Positions 27,929 to 39,185 of a stretch of DNA of 64,000 nt are shown in pieces. This DNA is from Bacteroidetes bacterium 37-13. GTDB lineage: Bacteria; Bacteroidota; Bacteroidia; Chitinophagales; LD1. How positions within the stretch are numbered: the first letter of the stretch is position 1; each line of letters begins with the position of its first letter. Where the stretch lies: assembly GCA_001897535.1 (NCBI GenBank), contig MKTC01000010.1, forward strand, positions 116,440-180,439, given 5' to 3'. The translations under genes were made by a program, and so were the position numbers. The notes beneath the pieces were generated by a model, which saw only the letters and a program-made list of their open reading frames with translations, was not told the origin of the DNA and did not search any database.

Positions 27929-29896
27929 ATGATAAAAAGCATTTTAGTAGCAAACAGAGGTGAAATAGCTTGCAGAATTTTCAGCACTTGCAAGCAATTA
28001 GGCATTAAAACTATTGCCGTTTTCAGCGATGCAGATAGAAATAGCTTACACACCAAATTGGCTGATATAGCTTACTATATCGGCTCAAGCGAAGTGAGTG
28101 CTTCTTACTTAAACATTCAGAAAATTATTGAAGTTGCTAAAGCAAGTGGCGCAGATGCTGTGCATCCCGGCTATGGTTTCTTGAGTGAAAACGAAAATTT
28201 TGCACGCGCTTTGGAGCAAGAAAAAATCATTTTTATTGGACCAAACTCCAACGCCATTGAGTGGATGGGTTCAAAAAGTAAAGCCAAAGAAATTGCCAAG
28301 CAAAACAACATTCCGGTGGTGCCGGGTTACAATGGCACAGAGCAATCGCTGCAAAAATTTTCACTTGAAGCAAAGCAAATTGGCTTTCCTATTTTGCTCA
28401 AAGCAGCCGCTGGCGGAGGTGGCAAAGGAATGCGGATTGTTAATGCAGAAAACGAGTTTGAAGAAGCTTTCCATAGCGCAAAACGTGAGGCACAACTTGC
28501 ATTTGGCAGTGATGAATTGATAATCGAAAAATATTTTTCAGCATCGCGCCATATCGAAATTCAAATTTTGGGCGATAAACACGGCAATACCATTCACTTG
28601 TTTGAAAGAGAATGTAGTCTTCAACGCAGGTATCAAAAAATAATAGAAGAAAGCCCCTCTCCCATTCTTTCGCAAACACAACGAGAAGCTATGTGCAATG
28701 CGGCTCTGCGAATGGCTAAAGCACTAAACTACGACAATGCCGGAACGGTAGAATTTATTTACAGCGAAGGAGAATTTTACTTTTTAGAAGTGAACACGCG
28801 CTTGCAAGTTGAGCATCCGGTTACAGAAGCAATTACAGGTTTAGACTTGGTAAAAATGCAAATTGAAGTTGCCGAAGGAAAGCCGCTTTCTGTAAAACAA
28901 GAAAGCGTGAAAGCTAATGGATACGCGCTGCAATGCCGAATTTATGCTGAAGATACAACAAATAATTTTTTGCCTGCCACCGGAACAATTTCACTTTGGC
29001 AAACTCCTAAAATTGAAGGTTTGCGTTTTGACAGTGGCATAAAATCTAATTCAGACATTTCAATTTTCTACGATCCGATGATTGCCAAAGTAATTGCACA
29101 TGGCACTTCGCGCGAAGAAACCATCCGCAAGATGATTTATGGTTTGCGCAAAACAGTTTGCTTAGGCTCAACTACCAACCAGCAATTTCTATTAAACATT
29201 TTAGCACGAACAGATTTTGAAAAAGGCGATTACAATACACATTTTATTGCGAACAATTTAACCCAACTCACTCCGAGTCTAAGCAAGCAGCAAATTGAAA
29301 AAGTCCTCATTTTCGCAACGCTTTATCACTGGCAAAAAAATGAAAATATACGTACAGCACTTAAACATATTCCAGCACAGTGGCGCAGCAATTTCTTTGC
29401 TCCGGTGCAAATCAATTTTAGCATTTCAGGAACTCAATACACCTTAAATTATCACTACACCGATAACTCATTCTCATTTAAAATTGGAGAAGAAAATTAC
29501 ACGGCAACCAATTTAGAAACACAAGAAAATTCATTCCATGTTCAGCTTAATGGCGCAATAGAAACTTTTTATGTTACACAGTTTGCAAACAAATATTTTG
29601 TTCAACACTTTGAATTTCCTCAAGTAATTATTGAATTACAAACGCGCCTGCCTGAGCCGGAAAAAAATAAAATTAAAGGTGGCTTTATTTCGCCAATGCC
29701 TGCGAGTGTAGTGAAAGTATTAGTAAAAATAGGAGATAAAATACTAAACGGGCAAGCGCTAATTGTACTCACTTCTATGAAAATGGAAAACACCATTACC
29801 GCAATTGAAGATGGAACAGTGGAAGAAATTTTTGTAGCCGAAGGAGAAAATATTGAAGCAGGAAAACTGCTTTTGAAAATAAACGAGAAGAAATAA
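27929..29896 (+). CDS. Acyl-CoA carboxylase alpha subunit (biotin carboxylase plus biotin carrier)
   Basis: ANRGEIA, HPGYGFLSEN, GGGGKGMR, ERECSLQRRYQK, EVNTRLQVEHP, biotinylation site SMKM. Confidence 0.94.
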   Translation: MIKSILVANRGEIACRIFSTCKQLGIKTIAVFSDADRNSLHTKLADIAYYIGSSEVSASYLNIQKIIEVAKASGADAVHPGYGFLSENENFARALEQEKIIFIGPNSNAIEWMGSKSKAKEIAKQNNIPVVPGYNGTEQSLQKFSLEAKQIGFPILLKAAAGGGGKGMRIVNAENEFEEAFHSAKREAQLAFGSDELIIEKYFSASRHIEIQILGDKHGNTIHLFERECSLQRRYQKIIEESPSPILSQTQREAMCNAALRMAKALNYDNAGTVEFIYSEGEFYFLEVNTRLQVEHPVTEAITGLDLVKMQIEVAEGKPLSVKQESVKANGYALQCRIYAEDTTNNFLPATGTISLWQTPKIEGLRFDSGIKSNSDISIFYDPMIAKVIAHGTSREETIRKMIYGLRKTVCLGSTTNQQFLLNILARTDFEKGDYNTHFIANNLTQLTPSLSKQQIEKVLIFATLYHWQKNENIRTALKHIPAQWRSNFFAPVQINFSISGTQYTLNYHYTDNSFSFKIGEENYTATNLETQENSFHVQLNGAIETFYVTQFANKYFVQHFEFPQVIIELQTRLPEPEKNKIKGGFISPMPASVVKVLVKIGDKILNGQALIVLTSMKMENTITAIEDGTVEEIFVAEGENIEAGKLLLKINEKK

Positions 29897-29900
29897 AAAA

Positions 29901-30091
29901 CCCACACAGAGGCCTGACGTTAAGTTGCTTAACAATTCAGGATTTGAGCTGAGCAGCATCGCTGTAATCTGCTGTTAACTTGTTTTGTGGACGAAGTTTC
30001 ACATTGCTGTGAAATGCAGCCCGCCATTGACACTACGATTTTAAGCTCGGTTCGATAAATAATATCCAACTAACGCATCATTCTGTGTGGG
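29901..30091 (-). ncRNA. ssrS: 6S RNA (ssrS-like)
   Basis: 191-nt rod closed by CCCACACAGA/TCTGTGTGGG plus a U tract. Inner pairings TGA..CGTTAGTTG/CAAC.TAACG.TCA and GAGCT/AGCTC flank a central bubble. 5' TGATGCGTTAGTTG...ATCGAACC resembles known 6S RNAs. Promoter TACCTTCG at 30124-30131. Confidence 0.8.
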
Positions 30092-30182
30092 ATAACTTTA
30101 TACTGTAAAAGAACTTTCTGCTCCGAAGGTAAATAAAATTATTAGAAAAACGAACTATTGCAGTAACAGTTTTGCACATATT

Positions 30183-30932
30183 TTAAACTGATGCTTTCAC
30201 TTTTGCCACGCGCACTTTCCAATCATCAGGTCCTTCTTGCAAGTACTCCCAAGTAAATGGCTCTTTGCTCTCGGCTTTCATTTGGTAATACAACGGCTTT
30301 GGGTCGTGGTCGTTCACAAATTCAAAAGCTTCGCCTGGTTTTATATCTGCAAATGCTTGGTAAAACATTTCGTGTCGCACAGTTGGCGAATACGGGCGAA
30401 CATCAAACTCGTTTACCACTGCAAAACCTGCTTCTTCTAACCCGCTGCTCACTTCTTTTTTAATGTGAATTATCAATTCATTAGGTTCAGAGGGTTTTAC
30501 ACTCCAAGTGTGTTTTCCACTAAATTTTTCGTTGAAAATATGATGAATTTCTTGCGGCTCACTTGCAGCAATCAATTCCATTGTATCGCCTTTTGGCATC
30601 ATTCCATAGCGGTGAAGCACTACTTTTTGCCACTCTGTTTTATCTATTTTTCTTAAATCAATTAAGGTTGAAACTCCAATAAATTCTCGTGCTTGCGAGG
30701 TGGCAGTTCGCGTTACTTTCACTTTCCAATCTCTTCCGCCACGGTTTAAATATTCCCAACCAACTACTTCGCCATGTATAGAAAGAAATTCATAGTAAAG
30801 AGGAATTGGATCGTGATCGTTTATGAAGGTAAAACTTTCTCCAACAGGAAGTTCACTAAACATTTGCAACAACAATGTATGCCGGTTAATTGGTATTAAA
30901 ACTCTAACATCAATATCTTTCTCGTACTTCAT
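30183..30932 (-). CDS. DUF2249 domain protein (three tandem domains)
   Basis: FINDHDPIPLYYEF...WEYL; degenerate middle copy; FVNDHDPKPLYYQM...WEYLQEGPDDWKV. Confidence 0.85.
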   Translation of the reverse strand: MKYEKDIDVRVLIPINRHTLLLQMFSELPVGESFTFINDHDPIPLYYEFLSIHGEVVGWEYLNRGGRDWKVKVTRTATSQAREFIGVSTLIDLRKIDKTEWQKVVLHRYGMMPKGDTMELIAASEPQEIHHIFNEKFSGKHTWSVKPSEPNELIIHIKKEVSSGLEEAGFAVVNEFDVRPYSPTVRHEMFYQAFADIKPGEAFEFVNDHDPKPLYYQMKAESKEPFTWEYLQEGPDDWKVRVAKVKASV

Positions 30933-31082
30933 TACTTTATTTTTATTCTATAAAAATCAACACAAAAATCTTTGTGCTGCGTGCTAAAGTAAGTAAGCAA
31001 AAGGCTTGCTACTGTTAGAGTTTGCAAAAATCAGCAATACTATTTTTTAATATATTTTTCATGTGATGCAAAATAACCTAAA

Positions 31083-32978
31083 CTACACCAATGCTTCTTC
31101 TACAACTTCTGAAGTTAAAACAGGTTTATCCGTTTCAACTCGTAAATTATTTACGATAAAATCTTGGCGCTCTTGGGTATTTTTGCCCATGTAATATTCC
31201 AACAAGCCTTTTATCTTTTTATCATCAGAAATAATTACAGGGCTTAGGTGCATGTCTTCCCCAATAAAACGTTCAAATTCTTCGGGCGAAATTTCACCCA
31301 AACCTTTAAAGCGTGTAATTTCCGGCTTACCGCGAAGTTTCTTTATTGCTTCTTGTTTTTCAGCTTCATCGTAGCAATAAAATGTTTGCTGCTTATCGCG
31401 CACTCTAAACAAAGGTGTTTCTAAAATTTTTATATGTCCGTTGCGCACCACATCAGGAAAAAACTGTAAAAAGAAGGTGAGCAATAGCAAGCGAATGTGC
31501 ATTCCGTCCACATCGGCATCGGTAGCAATTATCACATTGTTATAGCGCAAATCGTCAATAGAATTTTCAATATTTAGTGCGTGTTGCAGTAAGTTAAACT
31601 CTTCGTTTTCGTAAACTATTTTCTTTGTTAAACCAAAGCAATTGAGCGGCTTACCGCGCAAACTAAAAACAGCCTGCGTTTCAGGATTTCTGCTTTTAGT
31701 GAGTGAACCGCTGGCGCTATCGCCCTCGGTAATAAACAGTGTTGAGTTGATGCGCTCCTCTCCTTTTGCATCATTAAAATGAACTTTGCAATCGCGCAAT
31801 TTCTTGTTATGGATATTCGCTTTTTTAGCTCTTTCGTTTGCTAATTTTTTGATGCCTGAAATCTCTTTGCGCTCACGTTCGCTTTGTTGTATCCTTTTTA
31901 AAAGCGCATCGGCAGTTTCAGGGTTTTTATGTAAGAAATTATCTAAATCTTGTTTTAGAAAATCAAGCACAAATTGTTTCATGCTTCTACCATCGCCAAT
32001 TAGTTTATCAGTACCTAATTTAGTTTTGGTTTGCGATTCAAACACCGGCTCTTGAATACGAATAGAAATAGCACCACAAATAGCTTCACGAATATCAACC
32101 GTATCAAAATCTTTCTTGTAAAAATCACGAATTGTTTTCACAATAGCTTCGCGAAAAGCGCCTAAATGAGTACCGCCTTGCACGGTGTATTGCCCGTTCA
32201 CAAAACTGTAATATTCTTCTCCGTATTGGTTCGTATGCGTGAGTGCAATTTCGATGTCTTCACCAATTAAATGTATAATCGGATAGCGCAGATTCTCTGG
32301 GTCTTTTTTTCGCGAAAGCAAATCGAATAAACCGCGCTGAGAAATATAGCGTGTGCCATTGTAAATGAATGCAAGTCCGGTATTTAAGTAAGTGTAATTC
32401 TGCACCATTGTTTCCACAAACTCATGGCGGAAATGGTAATTCTTAAATATTTGAGTATCCGGAATAAACTCTACACCTGTACCGTTTGGTTCATCCGTTT
32501 TTTCAATTTTTCCTTCTTCTTTTAGTTCGCCTCGTTCAAAAACAGCAGTTCTCTTTTCGCCATCGCGCACTGCAAAAACTTGAAAATGAGTAGAAAGCGC
32601 ATTCACCGCTTTTGTACCCACGCCATTTAATCCTACGCTTTTCTTAAATGCCTGTGAATCGTACTTAGCACCGGTATTCATTTTGCTCACCACATCTACC
32701 AACTTCCCCAAAGGAATACCACGCCCATAATCGCGCACGGTTACTTTATCTTTGTTCACCTTAATTTCCACCTTCTTTCCATAACCCATTTGGTATTCGT
32801 CAATGCAGTTATCTATCACTTCTTTCACCAAAATATAAATACCATCATCGGGCGAAGAACCATCGCCTGTTTTGCCAATATACATTCCCGGACGCAAGCG
32901 CAAATGCTCAATCCAATCTAATGTTCTAATGTGGTCTTCGGTATAACTAACTCCGTTTTGCTCTTTCTCTTTAGCCAT
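31083..32978 (-). CDS. parE: DNA topoisomerase IV subunit B
   Basis: [62 protein letters not shown]. Short GyrB/ParE type. Confidence 0.9.
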   Translation of the reverse strand: MAKEKEQNGVSYTEDHIRTLDWIEHLRLRPGMYIGKTGDGSSPDDGIYILVKEVIDNCIDEYQMGYGKKVEIKVNKDKVTVRDYGRGIPLGKLVDVVSKMNTGAKYDSQAFKKSVGLNGVGTKAVNALSTHFQVFAVRDGEKRTAVFERGELKEEGKIEKTDEPNGTGVEFIPDTQIFKNYHFRHEFVETMVQNYTYLNTGLAFIYNGTRYISQRGLFDLLSRKKDPENLRYPIIHLIGEDIEIALTHTNQYGEEYYSFVNGQYTVQGGTHLGAFREAIVKTIRDFYKKDFDTVDIREAICGAISIRIQEPVFESQTKTKLGTDKLIGDGRSMKQFVLDFLKQDLDNFLHKNPETADALLKRIQQSERERKEISGIKKLANERAKKANIHNKKLRDCKVHFNDAKGEERINSTLFITEGDSASGSLTKSRNPETQAVFSLRGKPLNCFGLTKKIVYENEEFNLLQHALNIENSIDDLRYNNVIIATDADVDGMHIRLLLLTFFLQFFPDVVRNGHIKILETPLFRVRDKQQTFYCYDEAEKQEAIKKLRGKPEITRFKGLGEISPEEFERFIGEDMHLSPVIISDDKKIKGLLEYYMGKNTQERQDFIVNNLRVETDKPVLTSEVVEEALV

Positions 32979-33162
32979 GTTCTACAATAAAAGATTATGC
33001 ACGAAAGTAGCTTCATTCCTACTGTTTAAAGCTAAAACTTTCGGGCGTATTGTGGAAAAGGAAACTTTTTAGTACAACGTTTGGTGTTCAGGAAAACAAT
33101 TTTAAAATACATTTTCAAAAACTAAAAAAAAGTTATTTTGTGCGCTTAATCATTTAAAACAG

Positions 33163-34608
33163 ATGGCATTATTTAGTAAAAAATCTATTCCTCAACTTAT
33201 TAGTGAAAGTGAAGAAGGCGCAGATACACTCAAGCGAACTTTAGGCGTTGGTGCATTGGTGGCATTGGGAATTGGTGTAATTATCGGAGCAGGATTGTTT
33301 TCAATTACCGGGCTTGCAGCGGGTTACAATGCAGGTCCTGCCGTAACTATTGCATTTTTAATTGCCGCATTAGGTTGCGCATTTGCAGGTTTGTGCTATG
33401 CAGAATTTGCCAGTATGATTCCGGTGGCCGGGAGTGCTTATACATATTCTTACGCCACAATGGGCGAATTTATTGCATGGATAATCGGTTGGGATTTGGT
33501 TTTAGAATATTCAGTTGGCGCAGCTACTGTAGCCATAAGTTGGAGTAGGTATTTAAAAAAGTTTTTGCATGGAATTGGCATTCAAATTCCTGACGCTTGG
33601 GTAATGTCGCCTTTCGATACCGTTACACTCGCTGATGGCAGTGTGGTGCATGGAATCATGAATTTTCCGGCAGTGATGATTGTGGTTTTAATGTCGCTAC
33701 TTTTAATAAAAGGAACTCAAGAATCTTCGTTTGTAAACAACATTATCGTGGCATTAAAAATAATGGTAGTGCTGTTGTTTATTGGGTTAGGTTGGTCATA
33801 TATAAACCCGCAAAACTATGTTCCTTATATTCCGGAAAACACAGGTGTTTTTGGAGAGTTTGGGTGGAGTGGAATTGCACGAGCGGCAGGAATAATTTTC
33901 TTTGCATATATTGGTTTTGATGCCGTTTCTACTGCTGCGCAAGAAGCTAAAAATCCAAAGCGCGATATGCCAATTGGAATTTTGTTATCACTTGCTATTT
34001 GCACAGTGTTGTATGTGCTGTTTGCGCATGTTATGACAGGGCTTGCCAACTACAAAGAGTTTCAAGGTCAAGATGGAATTGCTCCGGTAGCTGTTGCTGT
34101 GGAACACACACCTTTTAAATGGCTTAACCAAGCAATTATATTGGCAATTCTTGCAGGATATTCATCTGTAATTATGGTTTTATTGATGGGACAAACCCGT
34201 GTATTTTATTCTATGAGTAAAGATGGGCTTTTACCCGATTTCTTTTCGCATGTTCACAAGCGCTTTAAAACTCCACACCGCTCCAATCTATTCTTTATGA
34301 TTTTCGTGAGCTTATTTGCTGCATTTGTGCCTGCAAGAGTGGTTGGCGAAATGACAAGTATTGGGACACTTTTTGCTTTCATATTAGTTTGCATTGGCGT
34401 TTTAGTAATGCGCAAAACCATGCCTGATGCACCAAGAAGTTTTAAAACGCCATTAGTGCCACTTGTGCCTATTTTAGGTATTCTCACTTGTGCTGCAATG
34501 ATGATTTCTTTGCCGCTTGATACTTGGATACGCTTAGTTGTGTGGATGGCAATAGGCATACTTTTGTATTTTGCTTATAGCCGTAAGCACAGTAAAATGA
34601 ACAAGTAA
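33163..34608 (+). CDS. APC-family amino acid permease
   Basis: GIGVIIGAGLF, CYAEFAS, GSAYTY, FFAYIGFDAV, SIGTLFAF; about 12 TM helices. Confidence 0.93.
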   Translation: MALFSKKSIPQLISESEEGADTLKRTLGVGALVALGIGVIIGAGLFSITGLAAGYNAGPAVTIAFLIAALGCAFAGLCYAEFASMIPVAGSAYTYSYATMGEFIAWIIGWDLVLEYSVGAATVAISWSRYLKKFLHGIGIQIPDAWVMSPFDTVTLADGSVVHGIMNFPAVMIVVLMSLLLIKGTQESSFVNNIIVALKIMVVLLFIGLGWSYINPQNYVPYIPENTGVFGEFGWSGIARAAGIIFFAYIGFDAVSTAAQEAKNPKRDMPIGILLSLAICTVLYVLFAHVMTGLANYKEFQGQDGIAPVAVAVEHTPFKWLNQAIILAILAGYSSVIMVLLMGQTRVFYSMSKDGLLPDFFSHVHKRFKTPHRSNLFFMIFVSLFAAFVPARVVGEMTSIGTLFAFILVCIGVLVMRKTMPDAPRSFKTPLVPLVPILGILTCAAMMISLPLDTWIRLVVWMAIGILLYFAYSRKHSKMNK

Positions 34609-34621
34609 AAACACTAAAATG

Positions 34622-36121
<1,500 letters not shown>

Positions 36122-36259
36122 TCAATTTTTAAATTTAAGCGTGCCAATGTACTGTTTTGCTTAGAATAGCGAAATTTTAAGCGCGATTGTTTGGTGCAGA
36201 ATTAAAACTGAAAATGCTTTTGCCATATCCTCTATTTTAAGAAATTTGCCGCTTAGAAT

Positions 36260-37744
36260 ATGTTTGGTTTTGTAGGAAATATTTATGTGCAGGCAAAAAT
36301 TCAATCGCTGAATAAAATTCGCGAATCTGCAGTTGAGCTTCAAGAATTAGAATTAGATAAAATTATTTACCATAATAGGAAAGTAAGTTACTTAAAGCAA
36401 TTTGCTGCAATTTCTACTAACTACGCTTCTTTTGTTTCGCACATTCCGGTTGTTACTTACGAAGATTTAAAACCGTATATTGAAAAAATGATGCGTGGAG
36501 AAGAAAATATTCTTTGCGCAGATAGCATTACCAACTTTGCAAAATCGAGCGGAACAACTGATGTAAGCAAATATATTCCGGTAAGTAAAAGCTCAATGTT
36601 TAAGGGACATTTTCAAGGTAGCAGACATTTGTTGGCTTCCTACTTTGAGCGTTTTCCCAACAATAAAATTTTTAAGGGAAAAAACTTAGTGGTGAGCGGC
36701 TCGTTGCAGACTGTTCCCAATAATCCATCTGCTTTTGTTGGTGATGTATCAGCAATTTTAACTAACCAAATACCACAATGGATTCAGCGACTAAGAACAC
36801 CTGATTTGGCTACTGCACTACTTTCTAATTGGGACGAAAAATTAAATGCCATTGCACGCCAAACCGCTTTTGAAAATGTAACCGGATTAAGTGGCGTTCC
36901 ATCTTGGTCATTAGAGTTACTAAAAGCTGTTCTTCAAATTTCAGGCAAGAAAAATATTGAGCAAGTTTGGCATAATTTTGAACTTTACATTCACGGGGGC
37001 GTAAACTTTTCGCCATACCAAACTCAGTTTGAAAATATAGTTGGCAAACGAGTGAATTACATCAATGCCTACAATGCCAGCGAAGGTTTTTTCGCCTTTA
37101 GCGACACAGAAAATACTGATGAACTTTTGCTACTTCCTCAACACGATATATTTTACGAATTTCGAGAATTGGAGCATCCGCAACAGATTGTTCCGCTCGA
37201 AGGCGTAATTAAAAATATACTTTACGAAATTATCCTTACAACCAACAGCGGCTTGTGGCGCTATGCTTTGGGCGATACCGTTGAATTTACTTCCATCAAT
37301 CCATACCGATTTAAAATTGTTGGCAGAACCAAGCAATACATCAATATTGCTGGTGAAGAATTGATGGTTCACAATGCAGAAGAAGCTATTGCAGCAGCAA
37401 GTAAAACAACCGGAATGCACGTGCAAGAATTTTCTGCCGCTCCATTATTTTTAGAAGATGGAAAAATTTGCCATCAATGGTTTATTGAATTTGAAAATAC
37501 GCCAAAATCAACTGTTCAATTTCAACATATCTTAGATGAAAAATTGCAACAGCTAAACTCCGATTACAAAGCAAAACGAAGCGGCAATTATATTTTGCAA
37601 CCTTTACAAATAGTAGCTGTACCGCAAAATCTTTTTAGAAATTGGCTTGGTGCAAAAGAAAAATTAGGTGGACAACATAAAGTTCCGCGCTTGAGCAACA
37701 ATAGAATTTTTGCCGAAGAATTTTTAGCACTTATTACAACCTAA
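36260..37744 (+). CDS. GH3 auxin-responsive-promoter family acyl-adenylate ligase
   Basis: AKSSGTT, YNASEGFF, GLWRYALGD, GRTKQYIN..GEEL, KLGGQHKVPRL. Confidence 0.9.
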   Translation: MFGFVGNIYVQAKIQSLNKIRESAVELQELELDKIIYHNRKVSYLKQFAAISTNYASFVSHIPVVTYEDLKPYIEKMMRGEENILCADSITNFAKSSGTTDVSKYIPVSKSSMFKGHFQGSRHLLASYFERFPNNKIFKGKNLVVSGSLQTVPNNPSAFVGDVSAILTNQIPQWIQRLRTPDLATALLSNWDEKLNAIARQTAFENVTGLSGVPSWSLELLKAVLQISGKKNIEQVWHNFELYIHGGVNFSPYQTQFENIVGKRVNYINAYNASEGFFAFSDTENTDELLLLPQHDIFYEFRELEHPQQIVPLEGVIKNILYEIILTTNSGLWRYALGDTVEFTSINPYRFKIVGRTKQYINIAGEELMVHNAEEAIAAASKTTGMHVQEFSAAPLFLEDGKICHQWFIEFENTPKSTVQFQHILDEKLQQLNSDYKAKRSGNYILQPLQIVAVPQNLFRNWLGAKEKLGGQHKVPRLSNNRIFAEEFLALITT

Positions 37745-37772
37745 GCCTTTCGTATATACATTCGCCACCCTA

Positions 37773-38720
37773 ATGAAAGTAACTGAACATTTAGCAAATA
37801 CTAAAAACACACTTTTTTCTATCGAAGTTTTGCCTCCGCGCAAAGGAAAAACTATCAACGATTTGTTGTCGGTAATTGAACCTTTAATGGAATTTAAACC
37901 GCCATTTGTTGATGTAACTTATCACCGCGAAGAAATAATTTACAAAAAACGTATTGATGGCTTAATTGAAGAAGTGCCTGTGCGCAAACGCCCTGGAACT
38001 GCGGGAATTTGCGTAGCCATAAAAGAACGCTTTAAAGTGGAAACCGTGCCGCATTTAATTTGTTATGGCTTCACACCGGAAGAAACCGAAGACGCACTTT
38101 TTACCTTGCATTATTTGGGCGTTCACAACGTATTGCTGTTGCAAGGCGATGCAGGACACAATAAATCGCAGAACGAAAAACGGATTCACAAATACGCCAG
38201 TGAATTAGTGGAGCAGGTTGCCAATATGAACAAAGGCAGGTTTTTGCACGAAGAAACCGAGAATGAATTAAAGACCGATTTTTGCATTGGTGTGGCAGGT
38301 TATCCTGAAAAACATATTGAAGCTCCAAACCTAAAATCTGACTTAAAATGGTTGAAACACAAAGTAGATATGGGCGCAGATTACATTGTAACTCAAATGT
38401 TTTTTGACAACCAAAAATTCTTTGAATTTGAGAAAAAATGCAGAGCTGCAGGAATAAATGTTCCTATTATTCCGGGAATAAAACCACTCACTGCCAAAGG
38501 ACAAATTAGAACACTTCCCAAAGTATTTAATATTGATATTCCTGAAGATTTGGTTGATGAAATACAAAAATGCAAGGACGACAAACAAGTAAAACAACTT
38601 GGCATAGAATGGGCAATAGCACAATCTAAGGAACTGAAAGCACATGGCGTTTCCTGCTTACATTATTACACCATGAGCCGCCACGAAGCAACTATTGAAA
38701 TTGCGAGAGCAGTTTTCTAA
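37773..38720 (+). CDS. metF: Methylenetetrahydrofolate reductase
   Basis: SIEVLPP, VPHLIC, VAGYPEKH, TQMFFDN, IIPGIKP, LHYYTM. Promoter TACATTCG at 37757-37764. Confidence 0.94.
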   Translation: MKVTEHLANTKNTLFSIEVLPPRKGKTINDLLSVIEPLMEFKPPFVDVTYHREEIIYKKRIDGLIEEVPVRKRPGTAGICVAIKERFKVETVPHLICYGFTPEETEDALFTLHYLGVHNVLLLQGDAGHNKSQNEKRIHKYASELVEQVANMNKGRFLHEETENELKTDFCIGVAGYPEKHIEAPNLKSDLKWLKHKVDMGADYIVTQMFFDNQKFFEFEKKCRAAGINVPIIPGIKPLTAKGQIRTLPKVFNIDIPEDLVDEIQKCKDDKQVKQLGIEWAIAQSKELKAHGVSCLHYYTMSRHEATIEIARAVF

Positions 38721-38852
38721 TTACCAATACTTTTCTTTTGAAAAATATTAACACTTTATTGTGCTATTTTTATGTCTCATTTTTTACCAAACGCTTGTTT
38801 GGTAAAAAATATACTTTAGCTTCGTAATCGTTTTATACAATTTTAAATTAAA

Positions 38853-39149
38853 ATGAAAACGCACTTTATTTTGTTTGTTCTTATGCTTTTAAGTAATGTA
38901 TTATTAGCGCAGAGTAAATATAAATATGCTTCAACCTGGTCGCAGGGGCAAGATAGTGTAAAATACAATTGGGTAAAAATAGAAGGGAAAGCAGACGAGC
39001 AGAAGATGGCTAAATTAGAGATTCAGCAAGTTGATAAATCACAATTTTCGGCAGGTATTCAAGGGTTAATATTCAAGTTTGAACACAAAGGCTGGGAACT
39101 ATTTTATGCAAAAAAGGAAATGCTTTATTTCAGAAAACTTAAAAAGTAA
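38853..39149 (+). CDS. Hypothetical small secreted protein (C-terminus loosely DUF4177-like)
   Basis: Signal peptide ending LLA-Q; GWELF...YFRK end. Confidence 0.55.
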   Translation: MKTHFILFVLMLLSNVLLAQSKYKYASTWSQGQDSVKYNWVKIEGKADEQKMAKLEIQQVDKSQFSAGIQGLIFKFEHKGWELFYAKKEMLYFRKLKK

Positions 39150-39185
39150 ACAATAATCAATCAATTAAAATTTCAATAAACAAAA

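Noticed and set aside
29901-30091. tmRNA, RNase P RNA or SRP RNA as the identity of the structured RNA
   Set aside because: The length (~190 nt) and single-rod fold do not fit, and there is no tRNA-like end, tag ORF or SRP tetraloop motif.
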